Source: Escherichia coli (GTDB lineage Bacteria > Pseudomonadota > Gammaproteobacteria > Enterobacterales > Enterobacteriaceae). From it: 64,000 bases of DNA. Positions 60,210-64,000 of this stretch are shown one piece after another; within the stretch, counting starts at the first letter, position 1, and the number at the start of each line of letters is the position of its first letter. The DNA lies in NCBI RefSeq assembly GCF_003334335.1, contig NZ_QOWQ01000001.1, one strand, 5' to 3'. The notes under the pieces are model-generated. The model was not told where the DNA came from, did not search any database, and saw nothing but the letters and a program-made list of their open reading frames with translations. The position numbers and the translations under genes are program-made.

Positions 60210-62468
60210 TCAAATCAATCCTGCCAGATGGAACTCTTCATATAACCGTTTTGGCGTCAGCGGCAGTGTATTGATTGCAACACCGGTAGCCATCTTCACC
60301 GCGTTACGAATAGCAGCGGCAACAGGAATTATTGGTGGCTCACCCAGTGACTTATGTCCGTATGCGGATTGCGGCTCATTGATTTCGACGAACGCGCTTT
60401 CCAGTTGTGGCAGATCCGGCATGGTCGGCATTTTGTAATCCAGCAGATTGGGGTTACGGACCACGCCGCTTTTAGCATCGATGATCATCTCTTCAAATAG
60501 CGCCCAGCCAATGCCCATTCCCATTCCGCCGTGTACCTGACCTTCTGCCAGCAGTGGATTAAGAATATGCCCTGAATCATGAACGTTGAGGATGCGGTTG
60601 ATGGTGACTTTGCACAGCGCAATATCGACCGTCAGATCAACAAAGGTACAGCCAAACGCCGGTGGGTTAGTGGTGGTTTTGATGGAGCTTTCAGCAGAGA
60701 GCTGCCCGCCGCGTTCAGGGTGGTAGAAAGCGTCCATCGCCAAATCTTTTAACGACATTAACGGCTCTTCCGGTCGTTCAACCAGCACGATATGGCCTTT
60801 TATCAGGGTCAGATTCATCGCTGACTGATGTAGCATGACTGCGGCGTGAGCGATGATTTTCTCTTTTAATAATAGTGCCGCACTGCGCAGCGCAGGCGCG
60901 GCAACATAGCTCTGGCGTGAGGCAAATGCGCCGGGATCGAACGGCGTAACGTCGGTATCTTGAGTTGAAATAACGCGAACGTCGCTGACCGGAACCCCCA
61001 CGGTTTCTGCCACCATTTGCGAGAAGACGGTGTCGGCACCCTGACCGATTTCCGTCGCGCCGCTTTGCACGTTGATGGTTCCATCCTGATTCATCAGAAG
61101 GCGCGCGCCTGCTATTTCTACGCCGACAGGCCAGGTGTTAGAGGTGTAGCTAAAACAGGCGACGCCAACGCCGCGGCGCAAATTGCCTTGCTGGTTCTGG
61201 CATTCTGCACGGCGTTTTTCCCATTCAAAGATTTTCCGGCCTTTTTCAAGACACTCCGGCAACCCTGCGCTGTAAATACGTTTGCCCGTGAGCGGATTAG
61301 CATCTCCTTCGCGGGCGGCGTTGCGTAAACGAATTTCAACAGGATCAATACCTAACGCTGTCGCGGCGTCATCAAGCATAGACTCAACGGCAAATACGAC
61401 TTGTGGCGCGCCATAACCACGCATCGCACCAGCCGAGGGGAGGTTGGTATAGCAGGTCTTTGAACTGTAAGCGTAGGCACAACGAGGATAAAGGTAAGCG
61501 ACTTTATTCCCCCCCGCAGAAGCGATGGAGTGCCCGTGAGATGCATAAGCGCCGGTGTTAGACAGAACATCCAGACTATAACCTTTCAATGTTCCGTCGC
61601 GGTTCACGCCCATTTGCCCGTCAATGGTAAAAGCGTGGCGGGTACGGGTTGCGAGGAAACACTCTTCACGGCTAAGGGAAACTTTCACCGGAATGCCGCC
61701 AAGCTTGCTGGTCAGGAATGCCGCCATTGGCTCTTCCAGTACATCCTGTTTATTACCAAAACCGCCACCGACAAATGGTTTGATGACTCGTACGCATGAC
61801 CAGGGAATATCCAGCGCCTGACCAACCACGCGGCGAACAATGTGCGGGATCTGGGTGCTGGAAACGATGGTAATTCGCGAGTCATCCTCCATCCACGCCA
61901 GCGATGTTACGCTTTCCATGTGACAATGTTGAATAACGGGGGTCTGATAGTGCCCCTGTACCTGGTAGTCGGCGGCATCGATTGTTTGTTGGACATTACC
62001 CGTCGACATCGTGCTTTGTTTCAGTAAATTGCCACCGTTATGGATTGGTGCAGCGTCTTCTGCCAGCGCCGCTTCTGGCGTGGTGATAACGGGTAATTCT
62101 TGCCACTCAATGCTGACCAATTGCGCCGCTTTTTCTGCCGTGAGTTCATCGCGGGCCACGACGATGGCAACGGCGTCACCATGATGACGAACATGGCGAG
62201 TTAGCAGTGCGCGATCGGCGGTATCGCGCTTGTTTTCGTCAAGTGTCCAGGCATGCCCAGCTGTAGCGAATGGAATATCAGGCACATCTTCCCAGGTAAA
62301 AATCGCCAGTACGCCCGGCAAACTTCTGGCTTGTTCATCATTAATACTTACGGCATAACCATGTGCGATAGGGCTACGTACATATTTCGCATAACACATG
62401 CCCGCCATAACATAATCGTCAGTATATCGTGCCCGCCCGGTGACCTTAGCAATGGCATCGACGCGCAT
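60210..62468 (-). CDS. xdhA: Xanthine dehydrogenase molybdenum-binding subunit
   Basis: ORF 60210..62507. ATG 62468 (MRVDAIAKVTGRARYTDDY) gives the remembered 752 aa. The upstream ATG 62507 has the better SD (see findings). Confidence 0.92.
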   Translation of the reverse strand: MRVDAIAKVTGRARYTDDYVMAGMCYAKYVRSPIAHGYAVSINDEQARSLPGVLAIFTWEDVPDIPFATAGHAWTLDENKRDTADRALLTRHVRHHGDAVAIVVARDELTAEKAAQLVSIEWQELPVITTPEAALAEDAAPIHNGGNLLKQSTMSTGNVQQTIDAADYQVQGHYQTPVIQHCHMESVTSLAWMEDDSRITIVSSTQIPHIVRRVVGQALDIPWSCVRVIKPFVGGGFGNKQDVLEEPMAAFLTSKLGGIPVKVSLSREECFLATRTRHAFTIDGQMGVNRDGTLKGYSLDVLSNTGAYASHGHSIASAGGNKVAYLYPRCAYAYSSKTCYTNLPSAGAMRGYGAPQVVFAVESMLDDAATALGIDPVEIRLRNAAREGDANPLTGKRIYSAGLPECLEKGRKIFEWEKRRAECQNQQGNLRRGVGVACFSYTSNTWPVGVEIAGARLLMNQDGTINVQSGATEIGQGADTVFSQMVAETVGVPVSDVRVISTQDTDVTPFDPGAFASRQSYVAAPALRSAALLLKEKIIAHAAVMLHQSAMNLTLIKGHIVLVERPEEPLMSLKDLAMDAFYHPERGGQLSAESSIKTTTNPPAFGCTFVDLTVDIALCKVTINRILNVHDSGHILNPLLAEGQVHGGMGMGIGWALFEEMIIDAKSGVVRNPNLLDYKMPTMPDLPQLESAFVEINEPQSAYGHKSLGEPPIIPVAAAIRNAVKMATGVAINTLPLTPKRLYEEFHLAGLI

Positions 62469-62562
62469 GCATGATTCACCCGTAGCGGTTGCTTCCCGCG
62501 CTTCCATAGAAATCCCCTCGATTTGAACATTTGGTTCTTATGGCAAAGATTTAGTCTAAGCA

Positions 62563-62578
62563 GGCAAGATTTACGCCA
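62563..62578 (-). promoter_or_regulatory. Candidate sigma54 (-24/-12) promoter reading into xdhABC
   Basis: The minus strand reads CTGGCGT-AAATC-TTGCC. GG-N10-GC spacing is exact and TGGC/TTGC are conserved. The -12 GC is about 55 nt (ATG 62507) or 95 nt (ATG 62468) upstream of the start. Confidence 0.4.
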
Positions 62579-62676
62579 GAAACGACGATAAGCGTTAGGG
62601 GAGGTAGGAAGTGTGATGACGTTAAAAAAACACAGATATGATACGAAACAGGACTCTGAATAGGGGCAGTGATACG

Positions 62677-62688
62677 TATCAATATGAG
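62677..62688 (-). promoter_or_regulatory. Conserved 12-mer box CTCATATTGATA, copy 3 of 3 (read on the minus strand)
   Basis: The plus strand reads TATCAATATGAG. It overlaps the perfect 12-bp palindrome TGATACGTATCA (62670-62681) and is centred about 105 bp upstream of the -24 element of the xdhA candidate promoter. Confidence 0.4.
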
Positions 62689-62921
62689 TGGCGATAAAAT
62701 CAATGTGATAAATTGGGATTATTACGCATCAGGATGGGAAATAGGGTAAAAAGTCAGGAAGTTCGATACCTCTACAGCGAATATTTTGCTGATGATACTT
62801 CCCTTTGCCAAATGAAATTAACCTCTTTCTCTATTACCACGTTTTTCCAGAAGCAAGAGATTGGGTATCAAGAGGCTGGCTGCTATGATAAGGCGTCTTG
62901 TTTTTTAAGCGAGGAAAGATT

Positions 62922-63677
62922 TTGAGTGCGGGACGCCTGAATAAAAAATCTCTGGGTATCGTGATGTTGTTATCGGTTGGACTGCTTTTGGCGGGCTGTT
63001 CGGGTAGCAAATCATCCGATACAGGAACGTATTCCGGCTCCGTTTACACCGTGAAACGGGGGGATACGCTATATCGTATTTCGCGCACCACGGGAACCAG
63101 CGTAAAAGAACTGGCGCGACTGAACGGCATTTCCCCCCCTTACACCATTGAAGTTGGTCAGAAACTAAAACTGGGTGGGGCGAAAAGTAGCAGTATTACA
63201 CGTAAATCAACCGCCAAATCAACGACCAAAACCGCATCGGTTACACCGTCATCAGCGGTACCGAAATCATCCTGGCCGCCAGTAGGGCAACGTTGTTGGT
63301 TATGGCCAACGACAGGGAAAGTTATCATGCCGTATTCGACAGCAGATGGCGGCAATAAAGGGATTGATATCTCAGCTCCACGGGGTACACCTATTTACGC
63401 CGCGGGTGCAGGAAAGGTGGTGTATGTGGGCAACCAGCTGCGTGGCTACGGTAATCTCATCATGATTAAACACAGTGAAGATTACATTACGGCTTACGCC
63501 CATAATGACACGATGCTGGTAAATAATGGGCAAAGCGTGAAGGCTGGGCAAAAAATCGCCACTATGGGGAGCACGGATGCGGCATCTGTTCGCCTGCATT
63601 TCCAGATTCGTTACCGTGCAACGGCAATTGATCCGCTACGTTACTTGCCGCCTCAGGGCAGCAAGCCAAAATGCTGA
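62922..63677 (+). CDS. ygeR: Outer-membrane lipoprotein with LysM and a degenerate LytM (M23) domain
   Basis: TTG start at 62922 after GAGGAAAG, 251 aa. Lipobox LLAGC. LysM YTVKRGDTLYRISRTTGTSVKELARLNG. The M23 metal ligands are degenerate (NKGIDI instead of HxGxD; RLHF instead of HxH). Confidence 0.9.
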   Translation: MSAGRLNKKSLGIVMLLSVGLLLAGCSGSKSSDTGTYSGSVYTVKRGDTLYRISRTTGTSVKELARLNGISPPYTIEVGQKLKLGGAKSSSITRKSTAKSTTKTASVTPSSAVPKSSWPPVGQRCWLWPTTGKVIMPYSTADGGNKGIDISAPRGTPIYAAGAGKVVYVGNQLRGYGNLIMIKHSEDYITAYAHNDTMLVNNGQSVKAGQKIATMGSTDAASVRLHFQIRYRATAIDPLRYLPPQGSKPKC

Positions 63678-63710
63678 TGGCGAATTAATCAGCAGTCAGC
63701 AGCGTGGCAC

Positions 63711-63738
63711 TTGCTAAGGAGAGCGTAAGGTTTATAAT
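63711..63738 (+). promoter_or_regulatory. Sigma70 promoter of glyU
   Basis: TTGCTA + 16 nt + TATAAT followed by a GC-rich discriminator (GCCTTACGC). It lies about 18 nt upstream of the mature tRNA 5' end. Confidence 0.6.
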
Positions 63739-63755
63739 GCCTTACGCATCTCGAA

Positions 63756-63829
63756 GCGGGCGTAGTTCAATGGTAGAACGAGAGCTTCCCAAGCTCTATA
63801 CGAGGGTTCGATTCCCTTCGCCCGCTCCA
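63756..63829 (+). tRNA. glyU: tRNA-Gly (anticodon CCC)
   Basis: GCGGGCGTAGTTCAATGGTAGAACGAGAGCTTCCCAAGCTCTATACGAGGGTTCGATTCCCTTCGCCCGCTCCA. It has a 7-bp acceptor stem, anticodon loop CTTCCCAAG, a GTTCGATTC T-loop and an encoded CCA. Confidence 0.95.
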
Positions 63830-64000
63830 ATTTATCTTCGCCGTAATACTTCCCCATTTTGTTGTAAATAAAAAGCGTTTACGCAATGCAATCCTTTTGT
63901 AACAACCCAGGTAAAACACCTTATTTTCAAGTTGTTAAATAAGTGGTTATCTACGCTTTTAACAAACGATTGATGGAATATTTTATGAAAGGGAAATCTG

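Noticed and set aside
62612-62634. TGTGATGACGTTAAAAAAACACA upstream of xdhA as a CRP site
   Set aside because: The TGTGA and CACA halves are separated by 14-15 nt instead of 6, so the geometry is incompatible with CRP. The A7 run is more plausibly a bend element.
62713-62925. 70-aa ORF in the xdhA/ygeR spacer
   Set aside because: It has a TTG start without an SD, an AT-rich low-complexity translation and no recognisable motif. It overlaps the ygeR SD and start. The region is better explained as regulatory DNA.
63705-63715. TGGCAC immediately followed by TTGCT upstream of glyU, which looks sigma54-like at first glance
   Set aside because: The two elements are contiguous, with no N5 spacer. 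GG-to-GC spacing is therefore wrong, and the TTGCT is part of the sigma70 -35 (TTGCTA-16-TATAAT) of glyU.

Overview
No tools were run. All calls come from reading the sequence and ORF track and from memory of the protein families. The window is collinear, in reverse orientation, with an Escherichia coli K-12-type chromosome from scpA (sbm) to tRNA-Gly glyU, and nearly every protein is recognisable.

Positions 1-29.8 kb are housekeeping backbone: scpA (partial), argP, the yqfE LysR remnant, rpiA, serA, the ibsC/sibC type I toxin-antitoxin pair, fau (ygfA), 6S RNA (ssrS), zapA, ygfB-pepP-ubiH-ubiI, gcvTHP, ygfF, bglA, yqfB, yqfA, ygfZ, sdhE-cptA, fldB, xerD-dsbC-recJ-prfB-lysS (prfB with its +1 frameshift) and idi.

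Positions 29.9-62.6 kb are a contiguous 33-kb block of 22 genes plus the 41-codon yqfG, devoted to purine/urate uptake and apparently anaerobic breakdown. The genes are uacT, ygfT-ygfS, ghxQ-guaD-xanQ, xdhD-ygfM-ssnA-ygfK, mocA, yqeC-yqeB, yqeA-hyuA-ygeY-dpaL-ygeW, ygeV and xdhCBA. The window ends with ygeR, glyU and the start of AT-rich DNA.

There is no CRISPR array, IS/transposase, prophage or rRNA.

The most interesting material is in the purine block:
- Four GG-N10-GC sigma54-type promoter candidates sit in front of uacT, ygfK, ygeW and xdhA, next to the only sigma54 activator gene, ygeV.
- An exact 12-mer (CTCATATTGATA) is shared by three of the block's long intergenic regions.
- CRP-type and PurR-type palindromes occur in the same regions.
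- XdhD has an N-terminal [2Fe-2S]-type domain in which all eight cysteine ligands are replaced.
- YgfK carries all dihydropyrimidine-dehydrogenase modules in permuted order.
- An enzyme set looks like reductive ring opening coupled to carbamate kinase, with 2,3-diaminopropionate as the predicted C4-C5-C6 purine remnant.

Several real features fall below the ORF-track cutoff: ibsC, yqfG, the first prfB exon and the edge-truncated scpA.
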